Made by a program: the position numbers and the translations under genes. A stretch of DNA of 24,000 nucleotides from the sequence record MW584160.1; one strand, written 5' to 3'. The DNA comes from Mycobacterium phage prophi86-1. Shown piece by piece: positions 1-8,191 of this stretch (the first letter of the stretch is position 1; every line of letters begins with the position of its first letter). Below the pieces are notes generated by a model that saw only the letters and a program-made list of their open reading frames with translations, made no database searches and was not told the origin of the DNA.

Positions 1-149
1 ACTTCGCCGCACTGGACGCTGAGCTTCGCGAGTTTGTAAGTCCTCACCCCAATCTCATTCAGCAGCTTGAGGCGATGCTCGGTGAGATCGTCATTCCGTG
101 GCAGCGGGAGTTGCTTCGCCAGCTTGCTCGGATCCTCCTCCCCATTTGA
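1..149 (+). CDS. 3' end of a hypothetical protein (partial, frame opens at base 3)
   Basis: Open frame from base 3 ...RQLARILLPI*, stop TGA 147-149 overlapping ATG of the next gene at 149. Confidence 0.6.
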   Translation, partial: FAALDAELREFVSPHPNLIQQLEAMLGEIVIPWQRELLRQLARILLPI

Positions 150-502
150 TGACCGAGAAGCAGTGCCGCGTAGAGGTCCCACGCCGCTCAGGTGGCCTAT
201 GCGAGCGTTGCGGCATCGGTGGTGGACTGTCTATGCACCACCGCAAGAAGAGGTCTCAGGGAGGCCTGTGGAGCCTTGACAACATCGTCCACGTGTGCGG
301 ACACGGAACGGTCGGTTGCCATGGGTGGATTGAACACAACCCCAACGCAGCGCACTCTGAGGGCTATCACGTAAGGCCTTGGGAAGAGCCAGCTTCCATC
401 CCGATATACCAGCACCACCTGGGGAAGTTCACCCACATGAACCTACTAGGGGCCGAATATCATAGAGACATCGATCTACGAGACCCGTGGTCCAGCAACT
501 GA
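149..502 (+). CDS. HNH-endonuclease-like protein
   Basis: Uses internal ATG at 149; CxxC...MHHRKKRSQGG..LDNIVHVCG..GCHGWIEHNP pattern typical of phage HNH proteins. Confidence 0.7.
   Translation: MTEKQCRVEVPRRSGGLCERCGIGGGLSMHHRKKRSQGGLWSLDNIVHVCGHGTVGCHGWIEHNPNAAHSEGYHVRPWEEPASIPIYQHHLGKFTHMNLLGAEYHRDIDLRDPWSSN
431..443 (+). repeat. ACCCACATGAACC box, copy 1
   Basis: Exact 13-mer inside HNH ORF; TATCAT at 458-463; ssb ATG at 524. Confidence 0.75.
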
Positions 503-523
503 TCCCGAACGAATTGAGAGCAT

Positions 524-955
524 ATGAGCATCACCCTTCCTGAAGTCACTGTTGTTGGCACACTGACTCGTGATCCCGAGGTACGTTTTACTGGCGGCGG
601 TAAGGCCGTAGTCAATGTGTCGGTGGCGACGAACACCCGGAAGAAGGACCCGGGTGGAAACTGGGTCGACGGCGACACCACGTTTCTGAACGGAACCATC
701 TGGGATGTGTTCGCAGAGAACGTAGCCGAGAGCCTTTCGCGCGGAGACCGCGTTATCGGCCACGGCCAGATCAAGCAGCGCTCATTTGAGACCCGCGAGG
801 GTGAGAAGCGCTCTGTGCTGGAAGTTGAGTTCGACTCCTTCGGCCCCGATCTTCGCTTTGCCACTGCAGCTCCGCAGAAGGGCGGCGCGCAGCGCCAGAA
901 GCCGACAGAAGATGCTTGGGGCGGCGGCTCTAATAACGATGAACCGGATTGGTGA
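524..955 (+). CDS. ssb: Single-stranded DNA-binding protein
   Basis: OB-fold SSB pattern: VTVVGTLTRDPEVRFTGGGKAVVNVSVATN..GDTTFLNGTIWDVFAENVAESLSRGDRVIGHGQIKQRSF, acidic/aromatic tail ending DEPDW. Confidence 0.93.
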   Translation: MSITLPEVTVVGTLTRDPEVRFTGGGKAVVNVSVATNTRKKDPGGNWVDGDTTFLNGTIWDVFAENVAESLSRGDRVIGHGQIKQRSFETREGEKRSVLEVEFDSFGPDLRFATAAPQKGGAQRQKPTEDAWGGGSNNDEPDW

Positions 956-1470
956 GCGAGAAGCTAACCCCCGGCGAGGCGCGTAAGAAACACGCTCGGT
1001 CTTTCAGGCAGTTCTGGGATGCCTATCCCAAACACACTGCCATCAGTGAGGCCGAGCGTGTTTTCGCTGACCTGGTCGAAAACAAGGGGCAAGATCCGGC
1101 CAAGCTCATTGAGTCTGCGCGCAACTTTGCGATGTCATGTGACCCAGACGACTTGACCTATGTTCCCGCAGCGCATTCGTGGCTAAAGCAGGGCCGGTAC
1201 GACGACGTTGATCTTTTCGCAGACGAGCGTGCAGCCCAACGGAATTGGATGAAGCAGCAGTGGAAGACCACGAACGTAAAAGCTGTGGAGAACCGATTCG
1301 GCATCAAGATGCCCAAGCAGTATCCACCCGACGAGATGACCGACCCAGAAGCCATCCGCTTCTGGCACAGGGAGATTTCGCGGGCATGGATCACCCAGAT
1401 TTATAGAGAGAGGGTCGAGTGTCAGGAGACCGAGAGCCAGCCCACGACCTCCGAGCCGAGCAAGGTGTAA
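952..1470 (+). CDS. Probable phage replication protein (helicase-loader/primosome-like), function tentative
   Basis: GTG start overlaps ssb stop (GTGA); lies between ssb and dnaB-like gene; FRQFWDAYPKH...AARxF..L pattern common in phage replication proteins. Confidence 0.5.
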   Translation: MSEKLTPGEARKKHARSFRQFWDAYPKHTAISEAERVFADLVENKGQDPAKLIESARNFAMSCDPDDLTYVPAAHSWLKQGRYDDVDLFADERAAQRNWMKQQWKTTNVKAVENRFGIKMPKQYPPDEMTDPEAIRFWHREISRAWITQIYRERVECQETESQPTTSEPSKV

Positions 1471-2714
1471 TCGGAGCGCTCCTCCTGAACCCTGACGTGT
1501 TCTCCAAGCTGGAGGGCCTGAGGGCTGATCACTTCTACCACCCAACCAACGAACTCCTTTTCACGTGCATTCAGGGCATGTATGCGGAGGCTGTGCCTAT
1601 TGATGCCATGACGGTTTTCGACCGCCTGCGCCGAAGCAAGGATCTGCGTAAGTCTGGTGGAGCCCCCTACCTGCAGACCTGTATGGAGCACTGCAATGTG
1701 CCGGGGAACGTCGGTTACTACGCGCAGATCGTCACTGAGCAGTGGAAGATCCGCACCGTCAACAGCCTTGGGCAGAGGTTCCAGGCGCTTCATGACGACC
1801 CGGGCGAGATCCCGGAGGCGTTGGAGGCCGCACGATCCTTCCTTGACCAGCTGGATGACATGCAGGAGGTCTACTCCCTTGGCTTCCGCGACCTGTATGA
1901 CCAGTGGTCTACAGCGCAGGAGGATGATCGCCCGTTCTTGCCAACACCCTGGATGAATGTCAATGACCAGCTCGGTGGGGGCTATCAGAGTCAGCGCCTG
2001 TATGTGACGGGCGCACGCCCTGGCTGCGGCAAGACGATCTTCGGCACGCAGGTGTCGTGGCATATCGCCAAGCAGGGGTACGAGACGCTGGTGTTCTCGC
2101 TGGAGCTCTCCAAGGACGACCTGATGGGCCGTCTTGCTGCGTGCGGCACCGAGACCCCCTATAAGCCGATCTTCCGGCGCAAGATGGATCCGTCTCAGCA
2201 GGAGAAGATCAGCCGATGGGCCGCTGAAAATGCGGAGATCCGTTTCACGATCGATGATGAGCCAGACCTCACCATTGAGGAAATCGCGCAGAGGTGCCGG
2301 GTGCACAAGCAGCGGTTCGGTCTGGACTTCGTATTCATTGACTACCTGCAGCTGGTCAAGTCTGCCAAGCGATTTGACTCACGTGTGCTGGAGGTCGACT
2401 ACATCGCGACCATGGCTCGCAGCATTGCGCGGCGGCTGGACTGTGCGGTTCTTGTTGCGGCACAGTTGAATCGCAGCCTCGAGCAGCACAACGGCAAGCC
2501 TCGCCTTCCGAACAAGTCGGACTTTCGCGAATCGGGTGGCATCGAGCAGACGGCTGATGTCGCTGTCATCCTGTCCCGTCCACCTACGTCCCATGGAGAT
2601 GACGAAGACCAGGGCGTGCCACTGATGAACGCGTGCTTCGTGAAGAATCGCCAGGGCCCTGAGGATGTCGTGGTTCTTGCTGAACGTTTCGACCAGATGC
2701 GGTTCGCGGCATGA
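1419..2714 (+). CDS. dnaB: DnaB-like replicative helicase
   Basis: N-terminal EQGVIGALLLNPDVF; Walker A-like GARPGCGKTIFGTQ; LVFSLELSKDDLMGRL; FVFIDYLQLVK; SDFRESGGIEQTADVAVILSRP. Confidence 0.95.
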   Translation: MSGDREPAHDLRAEQGVIGALLLNPDVFSKLEGLRADHFYHPTNELLFTCIQGMYAEAVPIDAMTVFDRLRRSKDLRKSGGAPYLQTCMEHCNVPGNVGYYAQIVTEQWKIRTVNSLGQRFQALHDDPGEIPEALEAARSFLDQLDDMQEVYSLGFRDLYDQWSTAQEDDRPFLPTPWMNVNDQLGGGYQSQRLYVTGARPGCGKTIFGTQVSWHIAKQGYETLVFSLELSKDDLMGRLAACGTETPYKPIFRRKMDPSQQEKISRWAAENAEIRFTIDDEPDLTIEEIAQRCRVHKQRFGLDFVFIDYLQLVKSAKRFDSRVLEVDYIATMARSIARRLDCAVLVAAQLNRSLEQHNGKPRLPNKSDFRESGGIEQTADVAVILSRPPTSHGDDEDQGVPLMNACFVKNRQGPEDVVVLAERFDQMRFAA

Positions 2715-3034
2715 AGCTCTGGAATTCAAACCAGGAGTGGTATCAGTACATCCAGTGTGGTGGAGATATCCGTTTCATCAAGGACCCCAACGAACTTGGC
2801 GAGAAGGATACTGCCGAGGTCCAGAGCATCTGTGGTGAATGTCCGGTACGTCCTGAGTGCTTGAAGGCGAATTGCGTTGACCGCCAGGAGAGTACGGTGT
2901 GGGTGGCTGGTGAATGGATTCCCGAGATGTTCGGGAAGACCCCCAAGGCGAAGGCGCGGCGCGCGGAGTTCTATGCGGCTATGGCTCGCAGGATCCCCGA
3001 GGAAGAGGATGACCGGCCCGACTTCATCCGCTAG
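2711..3034 (+). CDS. WhiB-family [Fe-S] regulator-like protein
   Basis: Cys spacing QCGGD...CGECPVRPECL plus VWVAGEW turn; ATGA overlap with helicase. Confidence 0.8.
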   Translation: MKLWNSNQEWYQYIQCGGDIRFIKDPNELGEKDTAEVQSICGECPVRPECLKANCVDRQESTVWVAGEWIPEMFGKTPKAKARRAEFYAAMARRIPEEEDDRPDFIR

Positions 3035-3162
3035 GCGGCAAACCCAACCAGTCAGTTGTCTGGTAAAGCCGAGTCCCCAGATGTTGACCCCGTGTGACCA
3101 GGGTTACAGTCTGCCAAACGAGACTTGGGAGGGTATCTGTGCATCGGCGGGGAGGCGTTTGC

Positions 3163-3175
3163 AGTTCATGTGGGT
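3163..3175 (-). repeat. ACCCACATGAACC box, reverse orientation, 12/13
   Basis: AGTTCATGTGGGT on + strand, in the 3035-3282 intergenic region. Confidence 0.65.
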
Positions 3176-3282
3176 GCCGGTTGTCATACCCTCTCTGTAT
3201 GGTCATTCCACTGACGGACAGTCAGCCGGGGAGGTTGAGGGTCTGTCGCGTAAACAGGTTCGGACGTAAAGGTAGCGGGTCG

Positions 3283-3657
3283 TTGAGTAGGAACCGGAAG
3301 TCGGCGAAAGCCGCAGGGGCGAACTTCAATCGCCTCATTGTTGATGGGCTGCGAGAAGCATTGCAGGACCCCAATATTCAGGTTGCACCGAGCTGGGGGA
3401 GTGTTGACAAGGGCGATGTTGTCAACTTCCGTATTGACGGGCACGACATCGTTATCGAAACTAAGGACGTAGCTACATTAAGCCTTCCCGAAGGGGTTGG
3501 GGAGGCTAAAGTAGAGGCCAAGAACGCGGGAGCTCTTGCCGGGTTCTTCGTTCACAAGCGCAAAGGCACAACTGATCCCATGAAGCAGTGGGTTAGCTGC
3601 ACCCTGGCCGAACTTGTCGCACTTGCAACAAAAGTTCCGGTACACGACCGGGACTGA
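3283..3657 (+). CDS. PD-(D/E)XK nuclease-like protein
   Basis: SWGSVDKGDVVNFRIDGHDIVIETKD gives D...ExK core; predicted TTG start at 3283 inside ORF 3094-3657. Confidence 0.6.
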   Translation: MSRNRKSAKAAGANFNRLIVDGLREALQDPNIQVAPSWGSVDKGDVVNFRIDGHDIVIETKDVATLSLPEGVGEAKVEAKNAGALAGFFVHKRKGTTDPMKQWVSCTLAELVALATKVPVHDRD

Positions 3658-3675
3658 TTGAAGGGATACAACCAA

Positions 3676-4299
3676 ATGACCGCTATGATCGAGCGCCCAC
3701 CTACGGCCAGCGACCTGGATCTTGATTGGCGCAGCAAAGCTGTATGCGATCCTGACGACCAGGAGTCGCACTTTCTCACCGTGGAAGAGCTGGTCGAGGA
3801 TGGAGTCGCTCTGGAGTTGGCTACCGAAATGGTGGCCTACGCCGAGCAGCGCGCAAAGGCCACGTGCTCACGCTGCCCCGTTCTGGACAGGTGCCGTACC
3901 TGGGCTCTGGATAATGGCGAGGAATTCGGCATCTGGGGTGGGACCACTCCAGCTGAACGCGCAGCGATGCGCCCCGAGTGGCCTGACATCAAGCAGATCA
4001 CCATGCCGGTAGAGGCACTGACTGGCGAAGCTCTCCACGCTCACAACGGTGTGGATACTCGCTACCGCAACCGCCTGGAAAAGGCACGTGCCGCCCATGA
4101 ACTGGTGACAGCTCGTCCCGACTTCGCTGTGTTCCATCGCCGTGTCGGGCACCAGAGTCGCGCAGCATGCCTGGATGTGTTGAACGCGATCATTGCCAAC
4201 CCTTCCGTTCCAACCACGGATCTAGCTGCACGCATTGGTAAGTCATCGAACTTCTTCAGTCAGCTCTTTAGCTTGGTGTGCCGCGAATTGGGTCTGTAG
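3676..4299 (+). CDS. Second WhiB-like protein with C-terminal extension
   Basis: W..KAVCDPDD...CSRCPVLDRCRTWALDNGEEFGIWGG; ATG 3676; C-terminal VLNAIIANPSVPTTDLAARIGKSSNFFSQLF looks HTH-like. Confidence 0.85.
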   Translation: MTAMIERPPTASDLDLDWRSKAVCDPDDQESHFLTVEELVEDGVALELATEMVAYAEQRAKATCSRCPVLDRCRTWALDNGEEFGIWGGTTPAERAAMRPEWPDIKQITMPVEALTGEALHAHNGVDTRYRNRLEKARAAHELVTARPDFAVFHRRVGHQSRAACLDVLNAIIANPSVPTTDLAARIGKSSNFFSQLFSLVCRELGL

Positions 4300-4326
4300 C
4301 AAACTCAGGCTTGCGCACCATAGCTA

Positions 4327-4332
4327 TATAAT
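4327..4332 (+). promoter_or_regulatory. Candidate -10 element TATAAT
   Basis: TATAATGTAAG 27 nt after a stop codon, upstream of hairpin/T-tract; near-identical TATAGATGTAAG at 12220. No good -35. Confidence 0.4.
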
Positions 4333-4367
4333 GTAAGTAGCTGCTGTAGAGCTACGCTCCAGTAGTC

Positions 4368-4426
4368 GCCCCGGTCGATGTATCTAGACGCCCTCTCACG
4401 CGCCGCCGACCGGGGCTCTACTTTTT
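4368..4426 (+). terminator. Rho-independent-terminator-like hairpin (or attenuator)
   Basis: CCCCGGTCG (4369-4377) pairs perfectly with CGACCGGGG (4407-4415), extended by G4368-C4416; TTTTT at 4422-4426; long loop. Confidence 0.6.
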
Positions 4427-4429
4427 CTC

Positions 4430-4461
4430 ACCCACATGAACCCAAATCCCGTCGATACGAT
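4430..4461 (+). promoter_or_regulatory. Candidate phage promoter: ACCCACATGAACC box plus TACGAT -10
   Basis: 13-mer at 4430-4442, TACGAT at offset 26 (4456-4461), ATG at offset 39 (4469). Confidence 0.6.
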
Positions 4462-4468
4462 TACTTCC

Positions 4469-4723
4469 ATGGATGGAAACGACTGGGGCGCAACGGCATC
4501 GCTGAATGGCGGCATTCAGACGATGGCGGAAATCATTGCGACACAGCAGACTATGATCCACCTTTTGTCTAGTCGGCTAGACAAAGCAAAGAGTGTCTTG
4601 TCAGTTATCCGCTTCGAAACATATGAGGTTGGGCATCGCCCCATGGGAGGCGTGAATCCGGTGGATCAACTTGCCCGCGTTCAAGCAATGGCTAGTCGCT
4701 GCTTGGAGGAGCTTCGCGCATGA
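4469..4723 (+). CDS. Hypothetical protein (possibly leaderless start)
   Basis: Internal ATG at 4469 of ORF 4436-4723; ATGA overlap with next gene. Confidence 0.65.
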   Translation: MDGNDWGATASLNGGIQTMAEIIATQQTMIHLLSSRLDKAKSVLSVIRFETYEVGHRPMGGVNPVDQLARVQAMASRCLEELRA

Positions 4724-5157
4724 GGGCTCCCGACGTCACTCTTAACCGCCAGGATGGAACCCCATACCTATTGCGGTGGCACGTCATTCCGCGCAATAAG
4801 CACTTCAACATTTACCTTCACAAGTTCCTCGGGTCGGATGACGATCGCGCACTTCACGACCATCCGTGGTGGTTCGTGTCGATCTTGTTGAAGGGCTCCT
4901 ACTGGGAGCATCGCGCGGACGGATCACGGAATCTGCGCAAGGCCCCGAGTATCGCGTTCCGGCGAGCGACCGTGGCTCATCGTGTGGAGCTGGTGCCTCT
5001 GCCGATATGGAGCTTCGAACACGACCGGTGGTACGAGAAGCCAGCCACCACCCTGATCATCACTGGCCGCGTGACTCGTGACTGGGGTTTCCACTGTCCA
5101 AACGGTTGGAAGCACTGGCGAAAGTTCATCAATCACAACGGATGTGGAGAGAAATGA
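4720..5157 (+). CDS. Cupin-fold-like protein
   Basis: ALHDHPWWFVSILLKGSYWE...HRVELVPLPIWSF resembles cupin metal-binding strands. Confidence 0.6.
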   Translation: MRAPDVTLNRQDGTPYLLRWHVIPRNKHFNIYLHKFLGSDDDRALHDHPWWFVSILLKGSYWEHRADGSRNLRKAPSIAFRRATVAHRVELVPLPIWSFEHDRWYEKPATTLIITGRVTRDWGFHCPNGWKHWRKFINHNGCGEK

Positions 5158-5297
5158 ATCCCCTGGTTATCCCCCTGAGTCTGAGCCTCCTCGGCATCAT
5201 CCTAGTGTCAGGCTTCGTCCCGTTTCCTTGGGTTGCGCTGCTCTGGATTGCTAGCGGTGTAAACGGTTACCTCCTCGGTAAGGCAGCCTGCGAGTGA
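5154..5297 (+). CDS. Small predicted membrane protein (47 aa)
   Basis: MNPLVIPLSLSLLGIILVSGFVPFPWVALLWIASGVNGYLLGKAACE, overlaps both neighbours. Confidence 0.6.
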   Translation: MNPLVIPLSLSLLGIILVSGFVPFPWVALLWIASGVNGYLLGKAACE

Positions 5298-5500
5298 GTG
5301 AGCACGAAGGCCATGTCCACGTGGACGGCGAGAACCCGATGGTTCCCGCCGATTCGATTGAAGCCCGTGAGCGCTGGTCTCGAGTCCCGGGCCGCGCACT
5401 GAAGCGCAGCCTCGCCGTGGGACGAGGGGAGTACAACCCGAAGCGGTCGCGCGTTCGCCGTCGCATCCACCGCATCCGCCGACAGAAGGCATGGATTTGA
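5294..5500 (+). CDS. Hypothetical basic protein
   Basis: GTG start overlapping previous stop; Arg-rich C-terminus. Confidence 0.5.
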   Translation: MSEHEGHVHVDGENPMVPADSIEARERWSRVPGRALKRSLAVGRGEYNPKRSRVRRRIHRIRRQKAWI

Positions 5501-6297
5501 CTACGCTCATCGTCGGCTCGGTAGCCGCGAAGCACTGGTTTCCCGACTGGCGGGAACCGAAGGACGTGGACCTCTTCACGAACGAGCCAAACACCTCGCT
5601 CGCGGACCCATCTATCCGAGGGGACGCATTCTGGGATCACCGGCTGTACGAGATTCTGGAGTTGACGGACAAGACGTCCGTATTCGCAAGCCCAGATCAG
5701 CTGTACACAATCAAGCACTCGCACGCCTACTGGGAGCTGAAGAACAACTCCTGGGGCAAGCACATGGCCGACATGCTGGACCTCAAGCGTAGGGGAGCCA
5801 AGCTCATCCCCGAATGGCATGACGTGCTCTACAGGGTGTGGGAAGACCTCCACGGCAAGAAGCAGGTGGATCTCACCCAGGAGTCGGACGAGTTCTTCAC
5901 CGACGCGGTGAAGCGCATCTACGACCACGACTCGTTGCATAAGTCTGTCGGTTACACGCCTGGTCATCCGCTGTATGAGAAGGCGTTGAAGTGGGGGGCC
6001 ACGGTCGAGATGGATATGGCCAAGGTGTGGAGCTGGCCGCACAAGAAGATCGTCGCGCTGTTTCGCGAGGAGATCTATGTGACGGCACTGGAGCGGCTGG
6101 TGATTCCCAACGATTACAAGTACTCACCGGGCGCGGCATACCAGTGGGCCCTGCGCCGCACCATCACTTCCCTGACAAAGGGGAAGAGCGCCCAATTCAT
6201 CGTCAGCCACTTCGATGAGTTCCGCAGGCCGGATCTCGACTATGTGCAGTGGCACAAGGACAACAGCCGTTTTCTGAAGCGATTGGAAACCGCATGA
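5491..6297 (+). CDS. Nucleotidyltransferase-like hypothetical protein
   Basis: N-terminus TLIVGSVAAKHWFPDWREPKDVDLFTN resembles the GS...DxD start of nucleotidyltransferase folds. Confidence 0.55.
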   Translation: MDLTTLIVGSVAAKHWFPDWREPKDVDLFTNEPNTSLADPSIRGDAFWDHRLYEILELTDKTSVFASPDQLYTIKHSHAYWELKNNSWGKHMADMLDLKRRGAKLIPEWHDVLYRVWEDLHGKKQVDLTQESDEFFTDAVKRIYDHDSLHKSVGYTPGHPLYEKALKWGATVEMDMAKVWSWPHKKIVALFREEIYVTALERLVIPNDYKYSPGAAYQWALRRTITSLTKGKSAQFIVSHFDEFRRPDLDYVQWHKDNSRFLKRLETA

Positions 6298-6629
6298 GCT
6301 ACACCGTTGACGACATCACCAACCTCGCTACCACCTTCGTAGCCCCAGGGATTGCCTGGGAAGGGCTCTACAACCTACTTCAGATGGGTGCCTCGGTCGG
6401 CCTCCCGGGCATCGGGATTGCCACCTTGGTTGAGGCTCACACCCCCGAGAAGGAAGAGGGTGCGCGCATGCCGCAGGCGTACTTCGTATTCGAGGTGCGC
6501 AGCTTCTCGGGTGTTCGACACTTCAAGCACTGCGGCTACGTCACCTCCTATGACGGAATCCATTGGGGTGGAGACACATTCGAGGTCAAAGCCGCGCCCG
6601 TGCAGAAGAATGACTGGAGGTCTATCTGA
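6294..6629 (+). CDS. Paralog A of a tandem small-protein family
   Basis: MSYTVDDITNL...YFVFEVRSFSGVRHFKHCGYVTSYDGIHWGG; ATGA overlap. Confidence 0.75.
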   Translation: MSYTVDDITNLATTFVAPGIAWEGLYNLLQMGASVGLPGIGIATLVEAHTPEKEEGARMPQAYFVFEVRSFSGVRHFKHCGYVTSYDGIHWGGDTFEVKAAPVQKNDWRSI

Positions 6630-6964
6630 TGAGCTACACCATCAAGGAGCTCAACAAGGCGATCGAGGACGAGGAAAACGCTTGGGAGGGTTCCTGGTTC
6701 GAGTTCGAAGATCACATTGAGTACGACAGTGCCGGTGTGGTCATCCCCGGCATCGGCCGAGCTACGTATGTCGATCAGTACGGGGGCGAAGGTAAGGGCG
6801 AAGACCTTTGGATGATCTTCAAGGTGACCGGCCTTGATGGCACCGAGCGTTTCTTCCGACGCAGTGGTTACTACGCATCCTTCGTTGGCGGCGACTATGA
6901 CGGTCCGACAAGGGAAGTAAGGGTTACGCAGAAACTTATGACCGTTTACGAGGAGATCAAATGA
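6629..6964 (+). CDS. Paralog B of a tandem small-protein family
   Basis: MSYTIKELNKA...LWMIFKVTGLDGTERFFRRSGYYASFVGGDYDGPTREV. Confidence 0.75.
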   Translation: MSYTIKELNKAIEDEENAWEGSWFEFEDHIEYDSAGVVIPGIGRATYVDQYGGEGKGEDLWMIFKVTGLDGTERFFRRSGYYASFVGGDYDGPTREVRVTQKLMTVYEEIK

Positions 6965-7389
6965 GCTACACCATCGCGGATGTTGATGAGCTGGTTGAGG
7001 ATACCGGTTGGGATGTCACCTATATCCCATACAAGGAGACCGAGGAAAAGACCGAGCGCGTCACTGGCTGGCACGAGTTCGAAGAGCACATCGAAGTCAG
7101 TCGGAAGCGGTGGAACGATGACACCCGCGAGTTCGATCCGATCCCTGAATCGGAGATCGAGTACAAGCACATCGAAGGCTTCGGCCATTTCGATGTAGTG
7201 GAAAGCTTCGGCGGCGAAGGTGAGGGCGACCAGTACTGGTTCGTCTTCAAGATCACTGATGACAACGGTGAGGTCCGCTACTTCCGGCGTAACGGCTGGT
7301 ACGCATCGTTTGATGGTGGGTACTACGACGGTCCGACTGAAGAGGTTGTGGCGCAGGAGAAGACCATCATCGTGTGGGTGAAGAAGTGA
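6961..7389 (+). CDS. Paralog C of a tandem small-protein family
   Basis: MSYTIADVDEL...YWFVFKITDDNGEVRYFRRNGWYASFDGGYYDGPTEEV. Confidence 0.75.
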   Translation: MSYTIADVDELVEDTGWDVTYIPYKETEEKTERVTGWHEFEEHIEVSRKRWNDDTREFDPIPESEIEYKHIEGFGHFDVVESFGGEGEGDQYWFVFKITDDNGEVRYFRRNGWYASFDGGYYDGPTEEVVAQEKTIIVWVKK

Positions 7390-7571
7390 CCCCAGAAGCG
7401 ATTACTGAAGTCGCGCGCCAGATTGCGGTAGAACATCTGGAAGACGGAATCGAGTTCAGCTCTGTGTATGAGCGCGATGAACTTGAAGAGGTTGACGAGG
7501 ATGTCCTGCGGGCAATCCACGACCAGGCCAACGATTTCCTGAACGAAGCGGCAAGGGAGCTCGGCGCATGA
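7386..7571 (+). CDS. Hypothetical protein
   Basis: GTG at 7386 overlapping previous stop. Confidence 0.55.
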   Translation: MTPEAITEVARQIAVEHLEDGIEFSSVYERDELEEVDEDVLRAIHDQANDFLNEAARELGA

Positions 7572-7936
7572 GTGTTGGCGAAGTGATGACTACCTCCGCT
7601 ACCGGAGGTCAGAAGGCGGGCAATGACATTCGCATGTCACTGGTCCCGCATGAGATCCTGGATGTCGCTGAGCTGTACGGCAAGGGTGCGAAGAAGTACG
7701 CAGACCACAACTGGCGCAAGGGCTATGAGTGGTCCAAGTCGTACGACGCCATGATGCGTCACGCTATGGCGTGGTGGAATGGTGAAGAGTTCGACAACGG
7801 CGAGGGCGGAACCGGCCTGGAGCACCTCACTGCAGTGATCTTCCATGCCCTGGCATTGATGTACTTCCGCAAGAACTTCCCCGAGTTCGATGATCGCTTC
7901 AAGGGCCCGAAGGGGTTGGAGAAGTTCCGCGACTAA
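7568..7936 (+). CDS. dATP/dGTP diphosphohydrolase N-terminal-domain-like (DUF5664-type) protein
   Basis: RMSLVPHEILDVAELYGKGAKKYADHNWRKGYEWSKSYDAMMRHAMAWWNGEEFDNGEGGTGLEHLTAVIFHALALM is the family signature. Confidence 0.8.
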   Translation: MSVGEVMTTSATGGQKAGNDIRMSLVPHEILDVAELYGKGAKKYADHNWRKGYEWSKSYDAMMRHAMAWWNGEEFDNGEGGTGLEHLTAVIFHALALMYFRKNFPEFDDRFKGPKGLEKFRD

Positions 7937-8157
7937 TGCGCTACTCCGAAAAGGGCTGGATCGGCCTGGTGGCGTATATCGCCGCCGTTGAATACTTTGC
8001 GCCCGAAGATGAGAAGCTCAGCCACCAGTTTGATAGGTGGCTGAGCTCTCGTCTTGGTTGGGCTATTTGTCATGCCGCCGTGGCTATTACGGGGCTCCAT
8101 CTCCTGAACTACCTGAGCGAGAAGGTCGATCCGTACACGGGTTTCGGTCGAAAATAA
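7936..8157 (+). CDS. Hypothetical protein, possible membrane segment
   Basis: ATG overlaps previous TAA; LGWAICHAAVAITGLHLLNYL. Confidence 0.55.
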   Translation: MRYSEKGWIGLVAYIAAVEYFAPEDEKLSHQFDRWLSSRLGWAICHAAVAITGLHLLNYLSEKVDPYTGFGRK

Positions 8158-8159
8158 CT

Positions 8160-8191
8160 ACCCACATGATCCCATTTTACCGAAATAGACT
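8160..8191 (+). promoter_or_regulatory. Candidate phage promoter: ACCCACATGATCC box plus TAGACT -10
   Basis: 12/13 match to box, TAGACT at offset 26 (8186-8191), ATG at offset 39 (8199). Confidence 0.55.

Noticed and set aside
67-374. Short overlapping ORFs 67-279 and 192-374
   Set aside because: Out of frame with the better supported HNH ORF 149-502 and no family features.
1422-2306. Long minus-strand ORF (294 aa) opposite the DnaB-like helicase gene
   Set aside because: Mirror of a strongly supported coding gene in GC-rich DNA, no family features; all supported genes are on the + strand.
3084-3110. Promoter TTGACC...TACAGT in the 3035-3282 intergenic region
   Set aside because: Spacer is only about 15 nt and the -10 is weak; not strong enough to list as a feature.
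4378-4572. ORF 4378-4572 upstream of and overlapping the 4469 gene
   Set aside because: Spans the terminator-like hairpin and box motif and conflicts with the better supported 4469-4723 frame.
5251-6042. Minus-strand ORF of 263 aa and other minus-strand ORFs across the window (e.g. 10519-11112, 11182-11892, 19773-20168, 22784-23620)
   Set aside because: Shadow ORFs of + strand genes, low-complexity Arg/Ser/Pro-rich translations, no motifs, incompatible with overlapping + strand gene train.
7568-7936. Interpreting the phage as having a 2-aminoadenine (Z) genome
   Set aside because: Only the diphosphohydrolase-like gene is present here; purZ and datZ are not visible and the domain is widespread in normal phages.
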